A stretch of DNA of 64,000 bases from Octopus bimaculoides (Eukaryota): the NCBI RefSeq assembly GCF_001194135.2, contig NC_068986.1, positions 64,026,465 to 64,090,464 on the forward strand. Direction: 5' to 3'. Under the pieces are notes generated by a model. That model was given only the letters and a program-made list of their open reading frames with translations, made no database searches and had not been told where the DNA came from. The position numbers and the translations under genes were made by a program. This document shows positions 51,778 to 64,000 of this stretch, in pieces (the stretch's first letter is position 1; each line of letters starts with the position of its first letter).

Positions 51778-51820
51778 AAGTGTTTACAACATCTGTGACA
51801 TTTTTGTACGATTTTGGTGC
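51778..51820 (-). CDS. RTCB: RTCB 43-nt exon (APKSYKNVTDVVNT)
   Basis: Acceptor ctcgtttcag, donor T|gtgagt; frame joins the flanking exons. Confidence 0.92.
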
Positions 51821-54461
51821 CTGAAACGAGTTAATAATTGACACTGTTATAACAATACAACATTAATAACAAAATAATTAATTAAAAAAGCTTCTTAACT
51901 ATTACTTTAAAGATGTTAAATTACAAAATTTCTTTGTCACTTGACATATTAGGTTGGAGGAGGAGAATGATGATAATGTCTATCATCATCATCATCTAAC
52001 ATCCGTCTTCCATGATGGCATGGGTTGAAGGGGTCAATAGGATCTGAATGTCTTCTTTGGTATAATTTCTATGACTGGACGCCCTTCCTGATACCAACTA
52101 TTTTACAGAGAGTACTGGGTGTTTTTTTTTTCTTGGGATGGTGCTAGTGAGGTCACCAAGTAACTTGCAAGAAAATTCCTCTTGATTAAGTTGGGGAGTA
52201 GTAAGAGGGCGTTGGCTTTATGCTGAGTGTCTATAGGTTAAAGTATGAAATGGAGACAAGAATAGGTGATTTACTGTAGAGGATAGGTGTGAGTAGCTGG
52301 AGAGACAGATGGCAATAAGGTATCAGGGCATACTCTCAAGGTACAAGAAGGCAAAGAGAAGAGTGGATGGATAAATATGCAAGAGTGTGAGAGAAGATGG
52401 ATAGAGATAGAGGGGAGTGCAGTTAAGGGTGGACAAAAGGTCAATGGTAAATATCAATTTGGGAGAGAAAGATGAAATAGTAAGTGGCAATACAGAAAGG
52501 GTGGAGAACAACAGCATAATAAACCTGTAGATAAATGGGGCGATAGAAGAGTGTGTGTGTGTGGGGGGATACATATGGAAGTCAGTAGTGGGTAGGGATG
52601 GATATAGTAAATAGTTAACAAAAGGGAGCGGTGTCAATGGTAGATAAAGGCTTGTCTGTCTGATTGACAGCAAAGACATTGTCTACAATCAGTTTAGTAT
52701 ATTACCAAGTCAATATTGAGGTAATAAATAAGGAGAAACAATTCATACATAGCTTGCTGATATTACAGAGAACTGAACAGAAAAGTTTTGTGGATATGCT
52801 ATATTTACTTGTAATGAAGCAGACTGAAGGTATGGGCATATTATGAGTGGATAATGCAAGCAAAGTGAAGAGGTGTCATGAAATAGATTATGTTTACATT
52901 CATAATTTAATGTCCTGTTTTCCATGCTGGCATGGATTGGATGGTTTGACAGGAGCTAGCAAGCCGGAGAACTTCATCAGGGTCCAGTTGTCTGTTTTGG
53001 CATGGTTTCTAGGGCTGGATGCCCTTCCTAGTCTCACTCACTTTACAGAATGTACTGGGTACTTTCTACGTGACACCACACCAGTGGGGTTGCCAAATAA
53101 CTTGCAAAATAAAAACCTCTGAGTTGAGAGGTTAGTGTATGATAGAGGGACAGAGATACTTGTCTTACTATAGGGGAGATATTTGGTTATCCCAGAAAGT
53201 GAGAGAGTTAGAAAGATAGAGAGAAATTGATAATTTGGAGATGTATTGGGGTTTATCTACAGGAAACTGGAGCAGGGAGCATAAGTAGTATGGAAGGGGA
53301 TGCTCCATAAAAGTGTGAGTGGTTATGTTTAGAGACATGACAAGTGATGGTGAGGGAAATTGGAGTGGCTGGAATGGGTGGGGGATAAGGAAGATATGTG
53401 AGGGCATGGAGAGTGTGTGGTTAGGTACATGAATGGAGGGGCCTGCAGTAAATGTTGGGAAGATGGAGTTTTGACAGAGGTTTATAGATTTGAGGGAGGG
53501 GGCATGGTCGAAAAGGGCATATATGTATAGGTGGCCACAATTTCACTTAACTTGATGCGTCTTCTCATCACTTTGTCCCACATTTTCTTGGGTCTACCCC
53601 ATCTACAGATTTCCTCCACAATCAGAGATCAGCACTTCAACTTTTACTATTAACACCAAAGGACAAGGAGGGAGATTAAGGGTAAGTATTTTGTAATAAC
53701 CTATAACCTAGGTAGTAAAAATAACATCCCCAGATGATCTGGTACTGAGTTCTGATAGCCTTGTGAATTGAAGTAAATTAAGTATATTTTTGAATGTGCT
53801 CATTTTTCATGCCTACACATTTTCATTATTGTACATCTACTTAGTGACTCACATTACTACATCAGCAAGTATGGTTAAGTTATATACATCACTGAAGTAG
53901 GATATTAAGACCAAAACACGCCCAGATCCCCNNNNNNNNNNATATTTACCAAACTGATTCAAATAATATCATTCATACATACATACACTGTTAAATTAAA
54001 AGCAGGAGCGAGGAAGTGAGACAGAAAGAGAGAGAGAGTGAGTGAGTGGTGACTGAAAGGAAGGTGGCGTTCGTTTTGTGTTTTTAAATGTTTATCAGTA
54101 TTTTCAGAGTAGACTGATACATACATCTAACGAAAAGTACATACACAGATACATTGTTAAATAACACCAGCAAATATTGGCTGTCACTTTTACTTTTCAT
54201 TACCACATCAGGATAAAACAAATGGCTGAGTATTCCACAGACATGCACACCATTAACGTAGTTCTTGGGGAGATTCAGCCTCACACAGAATGTGACAAGG
54301 CTGGCTCTTTGGATTACAGCTACAACTGATTTTGGCCAGCTGAGTGGACTGGAGCAAGATAAACCTTCAAGTGGTTGGAAGAAAATGCATACACACACAC
54401 ACATATATATATACACCTATGTATATACATATATACATATGTATGTAAACATATATATGTG

Positions 54462-54501
<40 letters not shown>

Positions 54502-55341
54502 AATATAATGTATGTGTATATATGTATATAAATGTATTTATATATATGCATGTATATACGTATATACATGTATACATGTTTGTGTTTGTCTCTGTTTGTT
54601 CCCCCACCACCATTACTTCACATCCTATGCAGGTTTTTTTTGCGTCCCCGTAACCTAGTGGTTTAGCAGAGGCTGACAGAATAAGCACCAGGCTCACAAG
54701 GAATAAGTCCAGGGTTCGATTTCTTTGACGAAAAGGTGGTGCTCCAGCATGGCCACCCTCAAATGACTAAAACGAGTAAAAGAATACCAGAAGAATTTTT
54801 TGTACCTCCAAATGAAGAAGTTTCTTTGAATATGTACAATGTATTTTAAGGATAATAGTAACTCTGTGGGCGCTTAACAGAGATATTTTAGTTGGATTAT
54901 GTAGTTATCAGTTTTACACTTCTTTCTATATTTTGTAAGTGTCACAATATAGAAACATTTCCCACTGTTCCAGCACACGATTTACAGATGCTTACATTTT
55001 GTATGTTGTCCGTGAAGTTTCCACAGGACCAGCTAGTGAATAACGATAATAATATTATACATACATGTATAAACATGCACACTGATGCACATACATGTGC
55101 AGAAACAAACAAACAAAAAGAACTCCACTCTGATAACAGACAGTCAACGACTAATGAAGAGGTTGCAAGAAGTAATGAAAATTTTAGGAAAGAAAAAATA
55201 ATAAATAAATAAATGAGTGGAAATTGAACCTGTGAATGTGTTAATTAACAAGGCATTAAAACAGAATGACTCTCCTCAGACACAACAAAATAAGAATATT
55301 GCTGCAGGTAAAAGAAAAGGAAAAAAAAAAAATCAACTTAC

Positions 55342-55461
55342 TTCTTCCATAACAAGTTTAGGGGAAGCTACTCGTATACTGATTCCTTGAGCATTTAAGG
55401 CCTCTAATACGTCCATGTAATCAAGATTACGACGAGATTTGGCACGGGAAAGTGCTCGGCC
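55342..55461 (-). CDS. RTCB: RTCB exon ([27 protein letters not shown])
   Basis: 120 nt, ag/gtaagt boundaries, highly conserved RtcB sequence. Confidence 0.95.
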
Positions 55462-56100
55462 CTAATTTAAACAAGAGAAGTTTTATACATTTACTAACAG
55501 GAAAAACAAAACAAACAAAAAAATAATTTTACATTGAACAATACTTTTCATAAATATCATCATTTAACGTCCGCTTTCCATGCTAGCATGGGTTCGGGAC
55601 TGGCGATGCGGATGGCTACACCAGACTCCAATCTGATCTGGCAGAGTTTCTACAACTGGATGCCCTTCCTAATGCCAACCACTCCAAGAGTGTAGTGGGT
55701 GCTTTTTACGTGCCACCGGCACGAGGGCCAGTCCGGCGGTACTGGCAACGGCCACACTCAAATGGTGTTTTTTATGTGCCACCTGCACAGGAGTCAGCCA
55801 ATGTTTTGTTCACATGTCACCAGCACAAGTGCCAGTAAGGCGTAGTTGGAAACGATCGCATTCAAATGGTGCTTTTTACGTGTCACCGGCATGAGACCAC
55901 TGCTCTGGCAGTGATTCCACTTGGATGATGTTGTTAGCGCTCCACTGGCACGGGTGCCAGTCATCGAATTTGGTTCAGTTTCGATCTCATTTGCCCCAAC
56001 AGGTCTTCACAAGCTGAACTTAGTGTCTAATGAGTGAAGGTTGGCCTGAGTGCCAGTCATCAAATTTAGTTCAATTTCAATTTCACTTGCCTCAACAGGT

Positions 56101-57320
56101 CTGGGGTGCGTAAGATATTTGAGGACAGATTTATGTTTATAAAAAACAGCTATATAATAACAGATAGTAACTTTATCAAAAAATGCTATGAGGATGAAAA
56201 TAAACCTTATTTATAATGTTATTCAATAAAGCCACCATCAGCTTCAACAACTGCTTCTATATGAGATCTAAATCATGTACATGCTCAAATCAAGTAGTCC
56301 TGGTTCATTTTGGACATTACTCTTACTGTGGTACCTTTCAAAGAATCTTTGGTGTTATGGGTGTGTTCATTGACTGTTCTCTCAACAATGATCCACATGC
56401 AATAGTCCAATGGATTGAGATCTGTGGAATTAGGGGGCCAAATGTTAGGGGTTATGCGATCATGAAAATTTTCAGCCATCCATTCCTGTGTTACCAAAGC
56501 CATGTGTGATAATGCAGAGTCTTACTGAAACACATATGGCCTTCCATTGCATACACTATCTATCCAGGGCTTAACAATTATTTCCAGGACCTCAATGTAG
56601 GTGGCAGAGTTAACTCTAAGGCCTTGTGGAAAGAAGGAGGCATCACATCTTCATTGCTGGCAATCCCTAAAACCATGAGAGTTGCAGGAAATTTTGTATG
56701 CAAAACACTTGGAACTTCAGAAGGGTCTTTACATAGCCATTTGTCATTTCTTCTGTTAACTTTTTGATCATGGTCGAAGTTTTTCACGTTTGAGAAAAAC
56801 CAAATCAAATCTTCTTCTGCTGGATTTTTCAGTTTGTTTAAGAGCCTTTTAGATCTGATGTACTGATTTTCTTTTACTTTTCCTGACAAATTGACCTTTC
56901 CTCATTATATAAGACTTATATCTGTCTTTGTAGACAACAACTTTCACTGTTCCTTCAGACACATGGAGATCTTTTGCAATTGACGTCATATTGAACTTGC
57001 TGGATAAACCCAGGTGTTCTGATGACTTTAGAGTGTTTAGAATGCTCTTTATGCTTTGATACTGGTGATACGTCACCATCTTCAGTCTCTAGCTCCTTAC
57101 AAACTTTGTAGACGAAAGATCTAGGAACTTTCAAAATTCAAGATATTTCTGAATTGCTATGCTCAGCCTTTACAGCCACAATGGTAACATGCCTCTTCAT
57201 TTCTTGAGTAAGCTGAGGGTCTGTCATTATTATTTTCTGAAACAAAGATTATACAGAGTTAGCAAAAAATGCAGCAATGACCCAGAAAAGCTATGTCCTC
57301 AAATACCTTACGCACATCTA
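56101..57320 (-). mobile_element. Tc1/mariner maT (DD37D-like) element remnant with TIRs
   Basis: TIRs ..ggtgcgtaagatatttgaggaca and tgtcctcaaataccttacgcac..; FFS..KNFD.DQKVNRRND.WL; IWPPNSTDLNPLDY. Confidence 0.8.
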
Positions 57321-57405
57321 TAGAAATAAAAATGAGAATGTGTGTCAAAAGTGAAACAAAAACACTCATGTCAAATACTTTCACTTTAAAAATGAAACTA
57401 TTCTA

Positions 57406-57615
57406 CTAACTGAAACAATCACATTTCGATACTGTAATGACAGATACTTTCAGAAAGAGAGAAAGAGAGAGAGAGATGTATATGTATACATATAGATGTA
57501 TATGTACACATTATTCCACTAACTGAAACAATCACATTTCTATACTGTAATGACAGATACTTTCAGAAAGAGAGAGAAAGAGATGTATATGTATACATAT
57601 ACATGTATATGTACA
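57406..57615. repeat. Tandem duplication of a ~105-bp unit
   Basis: actaactgaaacaatcacatttc.atactgtaatgacagatactttcagaaagagag..atgtatatgtacac occurs twice next to an assembly gap. Confidence 0.7.
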
Positions 57616-58380
57616 CGTATATNNNNNNNNNNNNNNNNNNNNNNNNNNNNNNNNNNNNNNNNNNNNNNNNNNNNNNNNNNNNNNNNNNNNNNNNNNNNNN
57701 NNNNNNNNNNNNNNNNNNNNNNNNNNNNNNNNNNNNNNNNNNNNNNNNNNNNNNNNNNNNNNNNNNNNNNNNNNNNNNNNNNNNNNNNNNNNNNNNNNNN
57801 NNNNNNNNNNNNNNNNNNNNNNNNNNNNNNNNNNNNNNNNNNNNNNNNNNNNNNNNNNNNNNNNNNNNNNNNNNNNNNNNNNNNNNNNNNNNNNNNNNNN
57901 NNNNNNNNNNNNNNNNNNNNNNNNNNNNNNNNNNNNNNNNNNNNNNNNNNNNNNNNNNNNNNNNNNNNNNNNNNNNNNNNNNNNNNNNNNNNNNNNNNNN
58001 NNNNNNNNNNNNNNNNNNNNNNNNNNNNNNNNNNNNNNNNNNNNNNNNNNNNNNNNNNNNNNNNNNNNNNNNNNAGATATACTTTCATTGTGATTTCTGC
58101 AATGTGGTACATAAATTGTCAAGTAAATGAGACGCATCTTTGCCTCCACTGATTCACTTGCAAAGTGTTGAGTAAAATTATTTCGTTGCAGACCTCCTTT
58201 GGGTCTTTTTATTATCACTACGACACACATAGTCCCCAGTTGGTAACATTGATTTCAAGGCCCTCCTAGATGAGAGACTGGCATTCCACTTAATGTCTAT
58301 GTTCCATGCTGGCATGGATTGGAGAGTTATTAATGTAGAAATATGGTATCGTAGCTACTAACAGTTGAGGGTTGTGTAGT

Positions 58381-58444
58381 CTAGATGGCGTTTTTAGATT
58401 TCATTATTCTCTTTAACCCGGGCAAAGCCGGGTATTTCTGCTAG
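58381..58444 (+). mobile_element. Helitron-like 3' terminus
   Basis: Hairpin cccgg-gcaaag-ccggg followed by tatttctg-CTAG|T. Confidence 0.55.
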
Positions 58445-59763
58445 TTGTATATATAGACAAAGGAGTGGCTGTGTTATAAGTATCTTGCTTCCCAACCACA
58501 CGGTTCTTGGGTTCAGTCCCACTGTGTGGCACCTTGGGCAAGTGTCTTCTACTATAGCCTCAGGCCAATCAAAGCCTTGTGAGTGGATTTGGTAGATGGA
58601 AACTGAAAGAAGCCCATCATATATCATCATCCAGTGTTTTAAATCCGGGTTTTGTCCCCGTTAACGAGGGTGGCCTGATATACCTCAATACCATAGCAAC
58701 TGAGGTAGGCAGGTGCAGCCCACCCCAACCTTTGGGCTGGCTGGTGCCCATTGGATTTTTTATGGGGAGTATGCCCTTGCTTACCCCCCAACCTCAGTGG
58801 TCTCCAGACCAAGGCCTCTACCATGATTTTTAAGAAATGCAGTAGAAAACTAGATCAGGAAGGCAGAGATGCTACTCCCTGAGACCCCTTTTGGAGCCCC
58901 ACTACCCTATATACATATATATATATAATGTGCAGGAGTGGCTGTGTGGTAAGTAGCTTGCTTAACAACCACATGGTTCCGGGTTCAGTTCTACTGCGTG
59001 GCACCTTGGGCAAGTGTCTTCTACTATAGCCTTGGGCCGACCAAAGCCTTGTGAGTGGATTTGGTAGATGGAAACTGAAAGAAGCCCGTCGTATATATAT
59101 TTGTGTGTCTGTATTTGTCTCTCCACCATTGCGTGACGACCGATGCNNNNNNNNNNNNNNNNNNNNNNNNNNNNNNNNNNNNNNNNNNNNNNNNNNNNNN
59201 NNNNNNNNNNNNNNNNNNNNNNNNNNNNNNNNNNNNNNNNNNNNNNNNNNNNNNNNNNNNNNNNNNNNNNNNNNNNNNNNNNNNNNNNNNNNNNNNNNNN
59301 NNNNNNNNNNNNNNNNNNNNNNNNNNNNNNNNNNNNNNNNNNNNNNNNNNNNNNNNNNNNNNNNNNNNNNNNNNNNNNNNNNNNNNNNNNNNNNNNNNNN
59401 NNNNNNNNNNNNNNNNNNNNNNNNNNNNNNNNNNNNNNNNNNNNNNNNNNNNNNNNNNNNNNNNNNNNNNNNNNNNNNNNNNNNNNNNNNNNNNNNNNNN
59501 NNNNNNNNNNNNNNNNNNNNNNNNNNNNNNNNNNNNNNNNNNNNNNNNNNNNNNNNNNNNNNNNNNNNNNNNNNNNNNNNNNNNNNNNNNNNNNNNNNNN
59601 NNNNNNNNNNNNNNNNNNNNNNNNNNNNNNNNNNNNNNNNNNNNNNNNNNNNNNNNNNNNNNNNNNNNNNNNNNNNNNNNNNNNNNNNNNNNNNNNNNNN
59701 NNNNNNNNNNNNNNNNNNNNNNNNNNNNNNNNNNNNNNNNNNNNNNNNNNNNNNNNNNNNNNN

Positions 59764-59794
<31 letters not shown>

Positions 59795-60092
59795 GTGTGT
59801 ATATGCTTGTCCCCGCAACATCGCTTGACAACTGATGCTGGTGTTTACATCCCCGTAACTTAGTGGTTCGGCAAAAGACACTGATAGAATAAGTACTAGG
59901 CTTACAAAGAATAAGTCCTGGGGTCGATTTGCTTGACTAAAGGCAGTGCTCCAGCATGGTCGCAGTCAAATGACTAAAACAAGTGAAAGAATAAAAGAAA
60001 GAATACATAAACTTCCTATATAATTACCCCCAATCTCCGACCATAAACAAAATGTAATATCAATTTTTATGTCAAAAAAATAGGACACTCAC

Positions 60093-60203
60093 AGCTCCAT
60101 GACATGTTGTTCCAAATGTATCTTCCATTCCCTGATCAGTACCAGTCAGTACATAACTACAAGTTCCCATTGTTCCACCAATCAAAACAGGTTGACCAGT
60201 TAA
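60093..60203 (-). CDS. RTCB: RTCB exon ([31 protein letters not shown]) containing the catalytic His motif
   Basis: 111 nt, cag/gtgagt boundaries; CHGAGR motif spans the junction. Confidence 0.95.
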
Positions 60204-60494
60204 CTGTATTAAAGAAAAGATAAAAATACACAGGTCATCTTTGTTCTTAAAGACAAGCAAGATTAAATAACCAGATAAGTATTCATTACATGTTCTGCTG
60301 CAATAGTTAGTGACAAGAACATGTGAGTATAAAAAAAATCCCGAAGTATGACATTATGAAAAACAGTTTGAGCAATCTAGATATGCAGAAGAATTGTATC
60401 CTAGACCCGCCTAGCCAATATATTCTTGGTAAAAATGATTATAACATCCGTAACACTGTTGTTACTGTTTTCTGTTTTAACCTATCCATTTTGG

Positions 60495-61973
60495 ATACTG
60501 AAGCTAAAGCACTATACTTTCCCAGATTTATATCTAACATTCCAGTCAGTGATTTCTTCTTAAGATTTGAAGTGACTGAACACTTTGTCATGTATTCTGG
60601 TAGTGGGTGGATCCAGCACATTGAGATTGTAGGGCATGACATGTTCAATACTGTGTATGCCCTCCCTGGGTGTTCAGAATGGCCATACACCGTTGGTACA
60701 TGGAATGAATGAGGCAGTTCACAAAAGCCATTGCCAACTGTGCCCACACCCTGAGGAAAGCTGCTTCCAGTTCCACATGAGTTGTTGGCTTTGGGACCAC
60801 CTGGTTCAGCAGTGTCTGGATTTCATTCCACAGGTGTTCAATTGGGTTCAAATCTGGGCTGAGTGCCGGCCATGGCATGGTTTGGCTGTTGCGCTGACAC
60901 AGGAAGTTCGTGGTGACCATGGCTGTGTGGGAGGGAGCATTGTCTTGCTAGAACACATGGCTATGGTGATGCATGAAGAAAGACATGATGTGAGGTCTTA
61001 GGCTCTGGTCAATGTAGCGCTGCACTGTGATACCATTCCCTCTGCTGGCACCAACATTTTGGAACACATGGGGCCCAATTCTCTGATTCAGGCCTATAGC
61101 GCCCCAAACTATGATGCTTTGGCCACCCCACACGTTTCTCTCCATGATACATGCATCTCTGTAGCATTCACCCCCTCCTACACCACACCTCACTCTGCCA
61201 TCCGAGGTGGAAACGCAGCACTGGCTCAGAGAAGACTACTGATCTCCATTGTTGATGCCGTCAGTGTCGGTGCTGTGTAGCCCACTGTAGTCATGCCTGA
61301 TGATGGTGAGCAGTGAAGACAGGCCCTCAAGCTGGACAATGGCAATGCAGGTTGTTGGCGGCCAGTCGACATCATACTGTGTCATCGCTGATGGGTCATT
61401 ATCCAGTGTCTTGTGAGCTGTCACACTGGATGGTCTGAAGCGATCATGGAGGTGTTGCAGATGGATGAAGTAGTCCTGCCTGGAGGAGTGGTCACCTGGG
61501 GGCGCCCTCTGCGGGCATGGTCTGCAGTGCTATTGGTGTTGTATCGCTGCTGCAGGGGAGAGATGGTGTTGACATGGACATTGTAAACTTTTGCAACAAC
61601 TAGGGCACACTGCCCTGCTTGCAATTAGCTGATAGCTTGTTCTCTCTGTGCTGCTGACAACAGTTCATACCTGATGTGTCCAAATTACAAATGTCAGGAA
61701 CACAGTTCAAGTTGATTTTTATACTCATGATCTCCACAAGATGCACGTGCATTTCACTTTTCATGACAATTGTTTACAACTGTCACCCATGGCATTCAAT
61801 GCAGCTGTGTTTTGGCGTTTCAGGCAAGTTGAAAAGTTACCTGCAATTTGGGTCTCAGCCATGAACCAGTATGTCTTGGAATATTTACACTTACATCCCC
61901 AAAATAAATTTTCAGAATTTACCATATAAAAATGACATTTGAAAAAGTCGCATTTCTTTTGCAGTTCAGTGTA
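60495..61973 (-). mobile_element. Tc1 element remnant
   Basis: RRGRPQVTT, WGGQSIIVWGAI, WPALSPDLNPIEHLW, GGHTQY*. One clear terminus cagttcagtg-TA at 61971-61973; the other end is degenerate. Confidence 0.8.
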
Positions 61974-62830
61974 TGTGGAAACAATATGCGCGCACACACA
62001 CACACAATCACCATCATTTAATATTGTTTTTTTTTTTTTAACTATTTTGGTGGTACACTACTACACGAGTCAGTTCTTATTTGGAGTTATTGGCCTCCTA
62101 GATGGTTTAGAAACTATGCTTCACACATGCATTCCATTTCCCGCATAGTTTCTATGGTTGGAAGTCCTTAACACCACCATTGTACAGAGGGTACATGGAT
62201 GCTTTTATTGTGGCACCAAACACACACACACACATAAAAAATCAATCCTATTTTCATTAAAAAAAAAAAAATGAAAATGCTCAATTTTCCATTGCCATAT
62301 TAAGTCCACAACTTGAAAAAAAAACTTGATCAACCCAGGTGGTGGTGGTTGTTTAGTTCCTGATCACCCTACATAAGATATTAATAAATATATATTTGAA
62401 ATAATATCCATATGTATTTAATCTTAAAATATAAACAATGACACAGGTTGAAAGCTTCACTTTAATTAGTAATGCACCATTGTATTAGGTACTAGTTTGT
62501 CATATTTAAAATGACAGGCTAAACTTGAACTCAACACTGCTAGTTAATGATACACTTATCAATTTAGCATTACTGCTTATAGCACCAAGTTGTTTCTACT
62601 CTGCAAAAAGTAGAAATAAGCCATTTCAAAGTTAGGTGTCTTGGTCACAAACTCAATACAGTATCCCTGACAGGATGTGAACTGTCAATCTCTTGGATGG
62701 TTGCTATCACCTATGCAGATTCTTAGAAACATATAAGAAGGTCTAAAATTGAACCAGAATGAGAACATTAAAAATTCGTCTAGCTTGAAAAAACAATATT
62801 ATTGATAAAATCCTCAAAAGCAAAACATAC

Positions 62831-63019
62831 CTGGTAGTCTACAGGAATGAGAGGATGATGCGGAGGAAATGCTCGTGTCGACCCCTTTCGATGTACCAAT
62901 AGGCTTGTCTGCTTGCCGTCAATAAAGTGTTCTTCTACTTTAGCAATGTTGTGTGAGACATCGTAAATCACATGCATATCCAGGTCATCAGGAGTGCTGT
63001 TGAAGATTTTGGCGAAAGC
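62831..63019 (-). CDS. RTCB: RTCB exon ([47 protein letters not shown])
   Basis: 189 nt, cag/gtatgt boundaries; DVSHN and HRKG metal-binding motifs. Upstream exons were not found in the window. Confidence 0.96.
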
Positions 63020-64000
63020 CTGACCAAAAATTTAAAAGGTTTTAATATTATATTCAAATAAAATAGACAACATAAAAAATAGTAGTATGCACACACACAG
63101 ATGTAAGTTATATATAAACACACATTTTTTTAACCTTTTAGTCAAAGGAAAGCCAGTGCAAATGATGTTTTTCAGAGCTTTTCAGATAAGTGAAAAGGGA
63201 GGAAGGAAGGTATCCTCAAACCAGAGACTTGGCCTGAATGTTTGCAACAGAATTGACTCTGCTAAAGTGTTAAATTGGGTGATGGACTATGTCTATCATC
63301 AAAGAAGGTCTTGCTGAGATTTGAACTTAGAACATGGAACGAATATCATGACACACCCAACCCAACATTCTTACAGTTTGCTTAATCCACAGCACTAGAC
63401 TGGTTTTTTTGTTTTTCAGCTCTGAAAAGATAATAGACAAAGCTGATCTCAGTCAGATTTGAACTTAGAGCACAGAAAGTCAGAGGAAATACCCAAAGAT
63501 ATTCTATCCAATGTTCTAATTCTCATCACTGAACATCCATTTTGCCAGGTTTGCATGAGTTGGCCAGAATTTATTGAGGCAGATTTTCTACAGCAGGATA
63601 CTCTTTCTGTGGCCAACACTTGTTTCCAGGCAAGGTAATATTTCCCCATGGTCAAACATTTTTGCAGAATGTTGGAAATGAATGATATTTACAACAATTA
63701 CACAATATCAAAACAAAAGAAGACATAAGCACACACACACATATATGAAGGGCTTCTTTCAGTTTCTGTTTACCAAAAAATTCACTCACACTGCTTTGGT
63801 TAGAAAACACTTGCCCAAGGTGCCACAAAGTGAGATGAACTTGAAACCATGTTGTTGGGAAGTAAACTTCTTAACCACATAGCCACACCTGACTGCCAAT
63901 TTGCTGTCTGTATGCATATATACAGACTTTCTCTGATACACATAAGTCTTCTAGTATGTAAATAGAGGTCCTAAAAATTGATATTTGTACAAATGAATGG

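Noticed and set aside
53893-53930. ctgaagtagg..ccaaaacacgcc, resembling a hammerhead
   Set aside because: Core positions mismatch (no CUGAnGA, no GAAA, no GUH) and there is no convincing stem I.
1365-59881. Long ORFs in the track made of X runs (e.g. 1365-1985, 6070-6885, 57532-58230, 58962-59831)
   Set aside because: Artefacts of N gaps. Only the flanks of the ~6.1-7.1 kb ones carry real (Penelope) coding remnants.
50271-63019. Functional link between RTCB (ligates 2',3'-cyclic phosphate to 5'-OH ends) and the nearby hammerhead elements
   Set aside because: The biochemistry is compatible, but RTCB is a housekeeping gene 25 kb or more from dispersed repeats. Proximity gives no evidence of a linked system.
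1-64000. CRISPR arrays, rRNA or genuine tRNA genes
   Set aside because: None seen; the A/B-box motifs belong to SINE heads.

Overview
AT-rich, microsatellite- and gap-rich animal genomic DNA. The SINE/RTE repeat content looks like a cephalopod (Octopus); this is inferred, not verified. Three host genes can be supported. (1) A BTB/POZ KCTD6/21-like gene on the minus strand (single-exon CDS 4236-4958) with predicted small 5' leader exons reaching ~17.1 kb. (2) A complete MRPL2 on the plus strand, with 4 coding exons (41300-49212, 292 aa, frames and phases all consistent). (3) The last five coding exons of RTCB on the minus strand (63019-50271), tail-to-tail with MRPL2. Most of the rest is decayed transposons: Gypsy LTR elements, a Penelope-like element, L1/Tx1, RTE and CR1 LINEs, mariner/Tc1/maT, pogo/Tigger, hAT MITEs, Helitron ends and several SINE families. 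The most interesting unannotated signal is a set of type I hammerhead-ribozyme motifs with unusually long stem-II inserts (1289-1376, 7831-7915, 24262-24351, 24915-25040, partial 25101-25148). They occur in a Penelope 3' end, in a short ORF-less element family whose copies end at (TA)n, and in a 730-bp palindrome. The second is a KCTD leader predicted to carry several uAUGs, in which two alternative upstream exons both supply M-[S/T]-G to the same 32-aa uORF.
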